This document shows, piece by piece, positions 1 to 8,244 of a DNA stretch of 32,000 nucleotides (its first letter is position 1; each line of letters opens with the position of its first letter). A program made the translations under genes and the position numbers. Source of the DNA: Fibrobacter succinogenes subsp. succinogenes S85 (lineage in GTDB: Bacteria; Fibrobacterota; Fibrobacteria; Fibrobacterales; Fibrobacteraceae); NCBI RefSeq assembly GCF_000146505.1, contig NC_017448.1:2100001-2132000 (forward strand), given 5' to 3'. The notes below the pieces were generated by a model. The model ran no database searches, was not told where the DNA came from, and worked only from the letters and a program-made list of their open reading frames with translations.

Positions 1-280
1 AAGCTTTTTCACTAGGACCTTCAGCCTTGTTCAGTTTCTGTTCGAGCTCTGCGACTTGCTTTTTGATTTCAAAGATGGCGCCCACCGCTTCGACGGCAGC
101 CGTATCATCCTTGATAGAGTCCAGACGGCCTTCCTGAATAGCTTCGTAGACTTTCTGACCGAGCAACTGGAACTTGCTTTTGAGCTTGGACTGCACCATA
201 GACAACTCAACGCGGGTAAGTACGTTAGACGCACAGTCCTTTGCTGTATTTTTCAGCTTATTTAGAGTTTTTTCGTTCAT
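1..280 (-). CDS. hypothetical protein, N-terminal part only (runs off left edge), helical/coiled-coil-like
   Basis: ATG at 278-280 on the minus strand. The frame reads MNEKTLNKLKNTAKDCASNVLTRVELSMVQSKLKSKFQLLGQKVYEAIQEGRLDSIKDD... and stays open to position 1. It is absent from the ORF track because it has no stop inside the window. No family recognised. Confidence 0.4.
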   Translation of the reverse strand, partial: MNEKTLNKLKNTAKDCASNVLTRVELSMVQSKLKSKFQLLGQKVYEAIQEGRLDSIKDDTAAVEAVGAIFEIKKQVAELEQKLNKAEGPSEKA

Positions 281-343
281 AACACCTTTCGACCTGCCTT
301 TAAAATAGTAGATTTTTCGGTATAAAACAACGGAGATTTTCCT

Positions 344-493
344 ATGAGTCGTAGCGATCGCAGAAGAGCAAAGCAAAACGTCAAAAATTTCGTTCCAAAA
401 AAGTCAAATGCGCTGGATAAACGAGTCATCGTGCTCCTCGCAATCATCGTCGTTGTATTTTTCGTAGGAACAATGATCATCCAGAGAGGCTAA
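344..493 (+). CDS. small (49 aa) basic N-terminus plus single-TM protein immediately upstream of dnaN
   Basis: My own translation is MSRSDRRRAKQNVKNFVPKKSNALDKRVIVLLAIIVVVFFVGTMIIQRG with stop TAA at 491-493. GGAG lies at 332-335, 8 nt before the ATG. It falls below the ORF-track size cut-off. No homology claim. Confidence 0.3.
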   Translation: MSRSDRRRAKQNVKNFVPKKSNALDKRVIVLLAIIVVVFFVGTMIIQRG

Positions 494-496
494 TTC

Positions 497-1618
497 ATGA
501 AGTTTACGATCCAAAAAAATGTGTTGCAGGACGCACTGCAGGCAGCGATTAGCGCCGTCCCGAACAAGTCCACCATCCAGATCCTCAACAACTTTTCGCT
601 CCGCCTCGAAGGGAACTTCCTCGAAGTGAGCGCTACCGACCTCGACCTCGGTATCAGGGTCAAGGTGGAAGTGCAGGGCGAACGTGATGGTGCAGTCGTC
701 ATCAACGCACGTAAGCTGTTCGACCAGGTGAAGAGCCTCGTAGACCCGAGCATCACGAACATCACTTTTGACGCTCAGGATTATTTGGTCAAGATCCAGT
801 GGAGCGAACGCGGTAAGGCAAGCATCATCGGCTTTGACGCCAACGACTTCCCGCCGTTCCCGGAAATTGAAAATGGCGAAACGTTGAACATCGCCGCAAG
901 CGAACTTGCATTCCTCGCCGAAAAGACATTGTTCGCCACTTCTACCGACTCCACACGCTTGAGCTTGAACGGTGTGTTCCTCGAAGCAAAGGACGGCAAG
1001 ATTTCCATGGTCGCAACAGACGGTCACCGCTTGGGCCGCGCAGCTATTGACCAGGAAGGCGCAGAACTTTCGAACGGCGTCATCATCCCGCACAAGGCTT
1101 TGCAGCACATCTTGCACATGGCTAAGGGCGATTCCACGGTTGAAGTCCGTACCTCTGCAACGCACATCCTCTTCAACACGGGTTCCATCCAGGTCATCTC
1201 GAAGCTTTACGAAGGACCGTATCCGAGCTACCGCTCTGTGATCCCGCAGCAGTTCGAACGTACCGCACAGGCCAACACCACGGAATTCCAGAACAAGATC
1301 CGCAGCGTGATTTCCATGGCTAACGCACGTACCCGCAAGATCCGTTTGCAGTTCGACGGCAACATCCTCGAACTCAGCGCAACGGACCCGGATGTCGGCG
1401 GCGATTCTCGCGAAGCACTCGCTATCACGCACAACGGCGAAGGCAGCTTCTGCATTGGCTTCAATGGCCAGTTCCTCGCAGAAATCCTCGGCATGTGCAA
1501 GAGCGAAGAAGTCATCATGAAGATGAACAACCCGCTTGGCGCCTGCATCATCGAGCCGGTTGGCGAAAACATGAACTTCTCGTTCCTGTTGATGCCGACG
1601 CACCTCACCGACAACTAA
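497..1618 (+). CDS. dnaN: DNA polymerase III beta subunit (sliding clamp)
   Basis: 373-aa ORF. The N-terminus MKFTIQKNVLQDALQAAISAVPNKSTIQILNNFSLRLEGNFLEVSATDLDLGI and the overall length and layout are typical of DnaN. Confidence 0.93.
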   Translation: MKFTIQKNVLQDALQAAISAVPNKSTIQILNNFSLRLEGNFLEVSATDLDLGIRVKVEVQGERDGAVVINARKLFDQVKSLVDPSITNITFDAQDYLVKIQWSERGKASIIGFDANDFPPFPEIENGETLNIAASELAFLAEKTLFATSTDSTRLSLNGVFLEAKDGKISMVATDGHRLGRAAIDQEGAELSNGVIIPHKALQHILHMAKGDSTVEVRTSATHILFNTGSIQVISKLYEGPYPSYRSVIPQQFERTAQANTTEFQNKIRSVISMANARTRKIRLQFDGNILELSATDPDVGGDSREALAITHNGEGSFCIGFNGQFLAEILGMCKSEEVIMKMNNPLGACIIEPVGENMNFSFLLMPTHLTDN

Positions 1619-1640
1619 TCGTAGTTCGGAAAGATTTAAG

Positions 1641-1665
1641 GGCTCTCGCGAGAGAGCCTTTTTTA
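1641..1665 (+). terminator. rho-independent terminator after dnaN
   Basis: GGCTCTC (1641-1647), loop GCGA, GAGAGCC (1652-1658), then TTTTTT (1659-1664). Confidence 0.65.
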
Positions 1666-1710
1666 GTGGGAATGTATAGGGAACCGCCGCAGACTTTGAA
1701 TAAAGTAATT

Positions 1711-2433
1711 ATGTCAAGTCAAATTCGTAAACGAGTCAATAAAAAAATCACGAAAGCCATTCACGACTTCAACTTGATTGAAGACGGCGACCGCGTGCTC
1801 ATCGCAACAAGCGGTGGCAAGGATTCTAGCGTGCTGTTGATGGAGCTCGCCGCGCGACTCGGCAAATTCGGACCAAAATGCGAACTTGCCGCCATCCACA
1901 TTCAAAGCGATTTTGCAGACAAGGCTCCTCGCGAATTTTTGCAGCGCATGGCTGAAGAATATCCGCAAGTGCCATTTTACTTTAAGGACGTCGCCGTAGA
2001 AGCTCGCCTCAAAGAAGGCCGCAAGTTGAACTGTTACTGGTGTAGCACGCAGCGCCGCACAGAGCTTATCAAGTTCGCGAGCGAAAACAACTTCAATAAA
2101 ATTGCGCTCGGGCATCACATGGATGACATCGTCGAGACGCTTCTGATGAACATGCTATACAAGGGCGAGTTCAGCGGGATGCCGCCAATGGTGCCGTACG
2201 AAAAGTATCCGTGTAGCATTATCCGCCCGCTCTGCTACTGCGAAGAAAGCGAAATCATCGCCTATGCCGAAGATGCGGACATTCGCAAGTTCACCTGTAC
2301 CTGCGAATTCTCGAAAGCAAGCCACCGCAAGACCATCCGCGAAGAAATCAAGAGCTTGACGAAAGGAAGCTCCACACTCAAGGCAAACTTGTTCGAAAGC
2401 ATGCGGAATATCAGGATGGACTATTTATTGTAA
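1711..2433 (+). CDS. ttcA: PP-loop ATPase, TtcA-like tRNA 2-thiocytidine synthetase family
   Basis: SGGKDS PP-loop motif (VLIATSGGKDSSVLL) plus Cys pairs CYWC and CTC. I place the start at ATG 1711 (MSSQIRKR...). The track ORF start at 1495 overlaps dnaN and looks spurious. Confidence 0.75.
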   Translation: MSSQIRKRVNKKITKAIHDFNLIEDGDRVLIATSGGKDSSVLLMELAARLGKFGPKCELAAIHIQSDFADKAPREFLQRMAEEYPQVPFYFKDVAVEARLKEGRKLNCYWCSTQRRTELIKFASENNFNKIALGHHMDDIVETLLMNMLYKGEFSGMPPMVPYEKYPCSIIRPLCYCEESEIIAYAEDADIRKFTCTCEFSKASHRKTIREEIKSLTKGSSTLKANLFESMRNIRMDYLL

Positions 2434-2466
2434 GACCGCTTTATTGCAAGGGGAACTGCGCGGATT

Positions 2467-3144
2467 TTATCGGACACAGCGCACGGAACGATAGTCCTCT
2501 TTCGCGAACGAATTTAAACTCGCCGCATCACTGCTGAATGACAAGAACAAATAGAACGCATTTGATTCTGGATTTTCAGGATCTTCAGTCGCACTCCAAA
2601 AATACGCATAACCGCCGATACCATTGAACTTGCCACCAGCAACAGCACCGTCATCCGCTTTTGAGACAGCACCGCGATAACCCGCCGGAAGCGCGTTGAA
2701 TCCGAAGTCATCCGTGCCGTTACCTTTTTTGAACCAACCATCGCGAGATTTCAACTTAGCACCAACCTTATTCGAGACAGCGCCGGAATCGCCATCGTGG
2801 GACTGCGCGAGGACTTGCGCAAAATCTTCATTCGTCGGGAGACGCCAGCCTTCAGGGCAAACCGTTTTTGCCTCCGCCCACGAATAAAGCCTCCCCAACC
2901 GCTTACAGTTGCGAGAATCGCCCTCCGGGCAAAAACTCCCCACTGTCTCAAAATTCAAATTCTCCGCCATCCATGTCAAATCGCCAATCTTAACAACATC
3001 ATAAGATTGCCCATCACGCGAATCCGTGAACGACTCCGAACATGACATGAGGAGGAAGGTTAAGGCGGCAAGAGCGAAAGAAGAATGGATAGTGAGATGC
3101 ATGGAGAGAATATAAATTTTCCATATTCGCAAATTTCTTTTCAT
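2467..3144 (-). CDS. lipoprotein with Fibrobacter succinogenes major paralogous domain (TIGR02145-like)
   Basis: Lipobox-like LLMSC after a hydrophobic stretch. Motifs DGQSYDVVKIGDLTWMAENLNF, RLYSWAEAKTVCPEGWRLPTNEDF, GFNALPAGYRG and YFWSATE. The start could instead be ATG 3100-3102 (MHLTIH...). Confidence 0.8.
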   Translation of the reverse strand: MKRNLRIWKIYILSMHLTIHSSFALAALTFLLMSCSESFTDSRDGQSYDVVKIGDLTWMAENLNFETVGSFCPEGDSRNCKRLGRLYSWAEAKTVCPEGWRLPTNEDFAQVLAQSHDGDSGAVSNKVGAKLKSRDGWFKKGNGTDDFGFNALPAGYRGAVSKADDGAVAGGKFNGIGGYAYFWSATEDPENPESNAFYLFLSFSSDAASLNSFAKEDYRSVRCVR

Positions 3145-3164
3145 CTCCTAAAAAAATGCTATTA

Positions 3165-4238
3165 TCACTTTTTCCTCTGTTTCTTTTTCATTTCCGCCAT
3201 AGTGCGGTCAACAACCTCTCGCAACTTATATGTAGCCACACCCAACGGTTTGTTGATGTCTTTAAGCGACCATTCCACAACAGTCTTATCTGTCGATTTG
3301 CAAATAATCAAACCCACAGAAGGATTATCGCCTTCACCCCGAAGCAACTCATCTGCGGCAGTCACATAAAAATTAAGTTTACCAGCAAATTCCGGAGTGT
3401 ACTTCACGACCTTGAGATCTATAATGACATACCTGTGCTGTGGAATAAAATAAAAAATCAAGTCCGGGAAAAATGCTTGCCCGCCAGGCATCCGAAATTC
3501 CATCTGACGCCCAACATAGGAAAATCCTTTGCCCAGCTCCAATAAAAACTGAGTAACGTTGGCAATAAGAGCATCTTCTAAATCACCTTCATCATACTTT
3601 TCTTTCATTTTCAGAAATTCAAAATGATAAGGATCCTTCAGAATTTCCTTTGCAAGTTTCTCCTGAGAGGATGTCAAAGTTTTTTTGAAATTGGTAACAG
3701 CGGTTCCCTTCGTTTGAAAAAGATTAGCATCTATATATGCATTTAAAGTGGGGCGCGACCAACCATTATCCACTACACCCTTGACATAAAACAGGGCCTC
3801 GTCTATTGATCGGCATCGAGAAACAATGTCTATATGTTGTCCCCACGGAATTTTACCAAAAGCCTTGGGCATTTCTAATTGGCCAACGGCCCGTTGGCCT
3901 TTTTTATTTCGCTCAAAATAGAACAAATACCACTGTTTCATATACTTCACATTCGTGAAAGAAAAACCAGTCTCATTAGGGAAAGAATGACGCATATCAA
4001 GCGCAAATTGTTTTACAACTCCAGCGCCCCAACGTTCTTCGGCTCGCAACGCAACTAAATCACGACCAATTCCCCAATATAACTCTAACATTTCGGTATT
4101 CACGCGAATGGAAGCTTTCACCTGGCTCTGGCGAAAACGGTTTTTAACATCGGACAACCATTCAACATAACTGCTATCAGCCAACATACCATCGCGAAAT
4201 ACAAACATCGGTTTACTCATAGACTCTTTCTTTTTCAT
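3165..4238 (-). CDS. DUF1016 / YhcG-like PD-(D/E)xK nuclease family protein
   Basis: N-terminal ...YVEWLSDVKNRFRQSQVKASIRVNTEMLELYWGIGRDL... and C-terminal nuclease core FFPDLIFYFIPQHRYVIIDLKVVKYTPEFAGKLNFYV (D...D-L-K). I place the start at ATG 4236-4238, which is preceded by GGGGAGG. The track ORF extends to 4361. Confidence 0.8.
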   Translation of the reverse strand: MKKKESMSKPMFVFRDGMLADSSYVEWLSDVKNRFRQSQVKASIRVNTEMLELYWGIGRDLVALRAEERWGAGVVKQFALDMRHSFPNETGFSFTNVKYMKQWYLFYFERNKKGQRAVGQLEMPKAFGKIPWGQHIDIVSRCRSIDEALFYVKGVVDNGWSRPTLNAYIDANLFQTKGTAVTNFKKTLTSSQEKLAKEILKDPYHFEFLKMKEKYDEGDLEDALIANVTQFLLELGKGFSYVGRQMEFRMPGGQAFFPDLIFYFIPQHRYVIIDLKVVKYTPEFAGKLNFYVTAADELLRGEGDNPSVGLIICKSTDKTVVEWSLKDINKPLGVATYKLREVVDRTMAEMKKKQRKK

Positions 4239-4239
4239 T

Positions 4240-4350
4240 TTAGACCTCCCCAATTTCTTCTTTCGAGAACCAGTTGCCCTTAATATCCAGCCATTCATAT
4301 TCATGGGGAAGAGAGAGCAAATTCCTGATAAGATCTTCGGATTTTGCCAT
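4240..4350 (-). pseudogene. 36-codon remnant resembling the N-terminus of an AlbA_2/Schlafen-type putative DNA-binding protein
   Basis: MAKSEDLIRNLLSLPHEYEWLDIKGNWFSKEEIGEV-stop, with a GGAGG RBS at 4355-4359. The pattern (E.EwLefK.n...eeIGe) matches how AlbA_2-domain proteins begin. The stop at 4240-4242 abuts the DUF1016 start. Confidence 0.35.
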
Positions 4351-4420
4351 AAAGCCTCCATATGGCCGCAAATAGCGACCGGTTAATGTTAGAGGCGTTC
4401 TTGCGAAATCAAAAAGTTGA

Positions 4421-4462
4421 TAAAAGCAAAAACGCACCTCGCCTTTGTACAGCGAGATGCGT
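4421..4462 (-). terminator. rho-independent terminator (minus strand) closing the hsd-linked gene string
   Basis: Arms at 4432-4442 and 4452-4462 (11 bp). The only imperfect position is a G-U wobble in minus-strand RNA but a C-A mismatch in plus-strand RNA. On the minus strand the stem is followed by TTTTGCTTTTA (4421-4431). Confidence 0.6.
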
Positions 4463-4764
4463 CGGCTTTTAATGTACCTAATATCGAAAAAACTGGCAAG
4501 GGGAGCAGAAAAATTTTACAAAGAGCGTTCACTTACTCATTTCATTCATCTTCATGATGCATTGAAGGCAAGCCCTTGATATACGCTGATTACAATCCTA
4601 TATTTAGACTATCTCGTCTGCAAATGTAGAAGGAGTTCATGAAGACGTTCCATCCTGTGGAGCGTCTTCTGCATTTTGGAGATGAAAGCACACAGTGACA
4701 ATTTCTTCGCACCTTGCGGAATAATTACACAACAGATTTTTCATCTAAATCTTTGCTTTCGGTT

Positions 4765-4941
4765 TCAGTAGTTCAGAAATTCTGAACAGCAAATCATGTT
4801 GAGGTATAGAAAAAATTCAAGATTCAAAAGTCTTTGACTTTCTTGCTGAATCTGTCGGAAATCCCGACAAGTTGAACATCCATCCAGTTTACCCTTTTCA
4901 TAAATGTCCTTTATATGCTCAACAACATAGGTTTTAGACAT
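4765..4941 (-). pseudogene. RhuM-family gene fragment (middle part only, degenerate)
   Basis: MSKTYVVEHIKDIYEKGKLDGCSTCRDFRQIQQE... parallels the RhuM segment ITKHLKNIYAAQELDEKTTCSVLE... seen at 16021-16515. The following LEFFLYLNMICCSEF looks like a decayed YNLDMIISVGYRV. Its ATG overlaps the stop of the upstream gene (TAATG). Confidence 0.35.
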
Positions 4942-5318
4942 TAGTACCAATAGTCGTTCTCATCGTAATCCTCAATCCAAGTTTTGACCTGATCCGGCGA
5001 GGCCTTGATGGATTTTTTCAGTTCCCGATTCAATTCACCTATCTTAAGTTCGAGATATTCCTTAAAATCTTCCTCGCCATAATCTCCAGCTTCCAAATAA
5101 TCTATGCATTTGGCGTAGATATATGCAGTACGCAGAACCTTGTACGCCTTTTTAAAAATGGCCAAAGTTTCTTTTGAATAAGGTCTAAAGCACTTCCATT
5201 TTTGGGTCTGAACGAATTCAATCCATTCCTTACTTTTATGTTTCAAGTAAGTCCGCCGTACATAATCGGCCATCCCCTCAATACGCGATTCATGATAGTT
5301 AAATGTTCCACCAGACAT
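4941..5318 (-). CDS. hypothetical protein (125 aa), acidic C-terminus
   Basis: ATG 5316-5318 is preceded by AAGGAG (5325-5330). The protein reads MSGGTFNYHESRIEGMADYV...CIDYLEAGDYGEEDFKEYL...DYDENDYWY. No family recognised. AT-rich. Confidence 0.55.
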   Translation of the reverse strand: MSGGTFNYHESRIEGMADYVRRTYLKHKSKEWIEFVQTQKWKCFRPYSKETLAIFKKAYKVLRTAYIYAKCIDYLEAGDYGEEDFKEYLELKIGELNRELKKSIKASPDQVKTWIEDYDENDYWY

Positions 5319-5564
5319 TGCATTCTCCTTGATTGTATTTTTCAAAGTTTTATATTCACCTTTAAAATACGCTCATCGCCATGCAAGCGCAAGAGGTCGC
5401 GTTGTTGCCACGAAATGGGTATTGTAGCCTTGATGTTGTATTTTGTCGGGTTTTATGTTGCCAAACCCATTTTTCATCACCTGTTCTCTGGGCAATCTCT
5501 GGGCAATTTCAGCAAAAAATGTTTGAAGTATCTTTTTTGGGGCAGGCGGTAACAGTGACTAACT

Positions 5565-7493
5565 TCATTTTCCAAAATATTTCAAGCAGAATTCCTCATT
5601 CACTTTAACAACAATCATTATAAAAACTTTTAGGGTTTCAATATATGCCTGTTGCAGCTCTTCTTCTGATCCAAAGAAAGATCCATGCAGAAAGGTATTG
5701 CGCAAATCTAAGCTGTTTGAGAATTCTTTCTTGTTCAACACAAAATTATAGTAATCGCGTTCTTGGCGAGAAAATATAGTTGATTCAACTTCAACTTCTT
5801 CTTTTTCTACTAGCTCTTTTAATATTTCCTTTTGCTTACCCTTTTGATGAGCAAAACAAACAACCTCATTCTCATACAGGTTATATAAAAGAGAACATCT
5901 ATCGATATCTATCCCTAGACTATTATCGGCTTCTAAAAGTAAAGCCCCTCTTTCTATCAACCATTTTATCCAAACTCTTGCCTGCTCTGCAAAATCAGTT
6001 ATGAAAAGATGTTCTTTGGCAATTATCTCTACTAGAGAGTTATACCCGCTCCAAGCAAAGTTCATTCCAAACAACAGGTTAAAGGAAAAAAGGAACCGCA
6101 TTTCTTTTTTAAGACTTTCCCCTTTAACATAAGCATATTTCTGTTTTAAAAAACTCTTCAATTCTCCTATACGGACAGGATTAGAAGAAATAGCCACAAG
6201 TTCCTTATCAACGCAACCGTCTTCCATATAATATTTCAGTTGCTTAAGGATTCCGTCCATCTCAATATAAAGTAGTTTTATCCGTTCCGACAACGATACT
6301 GATTTTGACGGTTTCTTGAATTCAAAATCAGAAATACCAAAATTCTCTTTTAGATAATCACCAAAGAAATAATCAAACAAATCTTCAATGCAAATCCCGT
6401 AATTTTCAAGCTCTTCCTTATATGTAGATAAAATCTTATAGTAAATCATCCTATTTTTTGTAAATTGCGAGCGTATAGGATAATGCTTTATTCCCTCACT
6501 TTCTGCAAGCAATTCATCTATTATACTTTTCTTTTTCAATACAAATTGACAACGCAGTTCCGAATCAAAGAAACCAAACAGGAAAATAAAGTTATTAAGT
6601 AGTGTCGGGAAATCGTGATGTTCCCTTACCCATTTCTTGCTGTATGTGCAATAGACATGATGGTCTGTTTCATTATACGATTCATTCTTTTCTTCATCTA
6701 TTTCCTTGAACGAGGCAATGCATCCATAAGAAAAAGACGATCTTTCTGAAAAATGCTTTTCCCAATATTTCTCCTTGGCCTTTTTAGCCTTTAATCGCAG
6801 CCTATCATCAATATTAAGCCCCGGTATTATAGGAGCATTTTCTATCAATTCCAAATAGTTCGGATGCGGTTCAAACGCCCCATCAACATAATAATTAAGG
6901 ACGCTTATTTTCTTTTCTTCGGTCAAAACCTTGGGAAATACGATGCTTTCTTTTTCTGCAAAATCTTTTACCAAGTAGTATTTGATGATTATTTCAGCAG
7001 CATCCTTATTGTCCATCATATAATCAGTTATTACCTGATTGTATTTTTTCACCCATCCTTTACATTCTAAGATACAAAACAAGGGAATCAACTTTTTATT
7101 TAGCAGATTTTGAACGCCGGAATTGGGAATGTTTTTCAACAAGTCAAAACGTTCTAATAATTTCAGCAGGTCTAACGAATAATATGTCCATATGCTCTGG
7201 AAAATATTTTCAATATCGCTTAAATCCAGTTGCTGAAAATAAGAAGAAACAAAACGGGATATCGCATCCGTTTCCTTTCTATACTCATTAAATTTTTCAG
7301 GCGTAATATTTGTTGGGCAATCAATGGACTTTACAATCTGAACGATGTTTGATAATTCTATAACTTGATTTAGGTCATAATTATTTGATGAATCAAAGGA
7401 ATCCAAAATGGGTATTGCCCTTTGGAACATGTGGTACTGATGTAGCACCGAGCGTTTATTGAATGTTATATGCTCAAGGAAATCTTTGGTCAT
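5565..7493 (-). CDS. large hypothetical protein (642 aa) with C-terminal HEPN-like R-N-x-x-x-H motif
   Basis: Uninterrupted 1929-nt ORF in very AT-rich DNA. The C-terminus is ...FSRQERDYYNFVLNKKEFSNSLDLRNTFLHGSFFGSEEELQQAYIETLKVFIMIVVKVNEEF. R598 is encoded at 5700-5702 and H603 at 5685-5687. I saw no Walker A motif, and the first ~560 aa are unassigned. Confidence 0.75.
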   Translation of the reverse strand: MTKDFLEHITFNKRSVLHQYHMFQRAIPILDSFDSSNNYDLNQVIELSNIVQIVKSIDCPTNITPEKFNEYRKETDAISRFVSSYFQQLDLSDIENIFQSIWTYYSLDLLKLLERFDLLKNIPNSGVQNLLNKKLIPLFCILECKGWVKKYNQVITDYMMDNKDAAEIIIKYYLVKDFAEKESIVFPKVLTEEKKISVLNYYVDGAFEPHPNYLELIENAPIIPGLNIDDRLRLKAKKAKEKYWEKHFSERSSFSYGCIASFKEIDEEKNESYNETDHHVYCTYSKKWVREHHDFPTLLNNFIFLFGFFDSELRCQFVLKKKSIIDELLAESEGIKHYPIRSQFTKNRMIYYKILSTYKEELENYGICIEDLFDYFFGDYLKENFGISDFEFKKPSKSVSLSERIKLLYIEMDGILKQLKYYMEDGCVDKELVAISSNPVRIGELKSFLKQKYAYVKGESLKKEMRFLFSFNLLFGMNFAWSGYNSLVEIIAKEHLFITDFAEQARVWIKWLIERGALLLEADNSLGIDIDRCSLLYNLYENEVVCFAHQKGKQKEILKELVEKEEVEVESTIFSRQERDYYNFVLNKKEFSNSLDLRNTFLHGSFFGSEEELQQAYIETLKVFIMIVVKVNEEFCLKYFGK

Positions 7494-7504
7494 TTATATA
7501 TGAG

Positions 7505-8071
7505 TCAATACAGGTTTTTATTTCGAACTTTTTTGTACTTGATTCCTTTTTCAGTTCTTTCTGCACTAAATTCAGAAATATCATCTGAACTAATGAAATC
7601 TATATAGTTCAACCAATCTTTCATTGTCACATGATATAAGCATTTATCACAATTTTCATCCGAAGAAACGCAAAATCCTTCAATACTCTTGTCGTCATTG
7701 TAAGTCAATTCAAAAATTACAGAATGTATCAGCCTATTACAAACATCTGTACCCTGTTTTGTTTGCCTTCTAGACGATTCCCAATTATGACTATCTTCGG
7801 AAATCCAATGATGCATATTATCAAAATACTTTTTAGATTCAAATATTTCCACTTTCAGTGCATAACAATCTGCTTCATCACTCAATTTAGTCTTACAATC
7901 CACCAATTTTCGAATTACAAACGCGGAATAGAAAATACTTTTCTCTAGAATTGAATAAGCATTATCCGAATCATCATCGTCATTTTGAAAATATTTTGAT
8001 GAACCATATTCAATTATTTTATCACGATAAGATAACAAATCTTCTTTCCATGGACCTGATTCAAAAATCAT
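7505..8071 (-). CDS. hypothetical protein (188 aa)
   Basis: ATG 8069-8071 is preceded by GGGAG (8079-8083). The track ORF starts at GTG 8119. The stop lies 11 nt before the 642-aa gene. It contains FYSAFVIRKLVDC and VCNRLIHSVIF (N-x-x-x-H without the Arg). No family recognised. Confidence 0.6.
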   Translation of the reverse strand: MIFESGPWKEDLLSYRDKIIEYGSSKYFQNDDDDSDNAYSILEKSIFYSAFVIRKLVDCKTKLSDEADCYALKVEIFESKKYFDNMHHWISEDSHNWESSRRQTKQGTDVCNRLIHSVIFELTYNDDKSIEGFCVSSDENCDKCLYHVTMKDWLNYIDFISSDDISEFSAERTEKGIKYKKVRNKNLY

Positions 8072-8181
8072 AATTAAACTCCCAAATGCTTTACTTTCGT
8101 CCGCTTGTTTCTTGCCCACAATTTCGGCGACTCTCGTTCAAAAAAATTATTTCCAAAGAGTCCTAGGGATAATTAAGCACT

Positions 8182-8220
8182 AATTTGGACACTTTGCTTA
8201 GCAAGGTGTCCAAATTTTTT
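8182..8220. terminator. 11-bp perfect stem-loop in the 173-nt gap between the two gene pairs
   Basis: AATTTGGACAC (8182-8192), a 13-nt loop, then GTGTCCAAATT (8206-8216). The T-run (8215-8220) follows the stem on the plus strand. On the minus strand an A-run precedes it, so its function as a minus-strand terminator is uncertain. Confidence 0.35.
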
Positions 8221-8244
8221 AGCTAGAATGTTTCCTCTCTACAC

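Noticed and set aside
281-496. Possible oriC/DnaA-box region upstream of dnaN.
   Set aside because: I found only one near-consensus box (TTATCCAGC, complement of 412-420). It lies inside the small 49-aa ORF. There is no dnaA gene, no box cluster and no obvious AT-rich unwinding element, so there is not enough evidence.
404-1603. 399-aa minus-strand ORF antisense to dnaN. Similar long antisense ORFs lie at 10662-11984 (+, opposite hsdM) and at 18116-19216 and 19250-20059 (-, opposite metE).
   Set aside because: In each case the opposite strand encodes a confidently recognised protein family. The antisense translations have odd compositions (rich in R, A, C, H, V) and no recognisable motifs, as is typical of shadow ORFs.
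5381-5608. Plus-strand ORFs inside the AT-rich island (for example 5202-5552, 5381-5608, 5780-6004, 6864-7070, 7724-7948, 8877-9086, 10289-10537).
   Set aside because: They are short and low-complexity (rich in F, I, L, K), and they are antisense to or overlap longer coherent minus-strand ORFs. They have no RBS or motif support.
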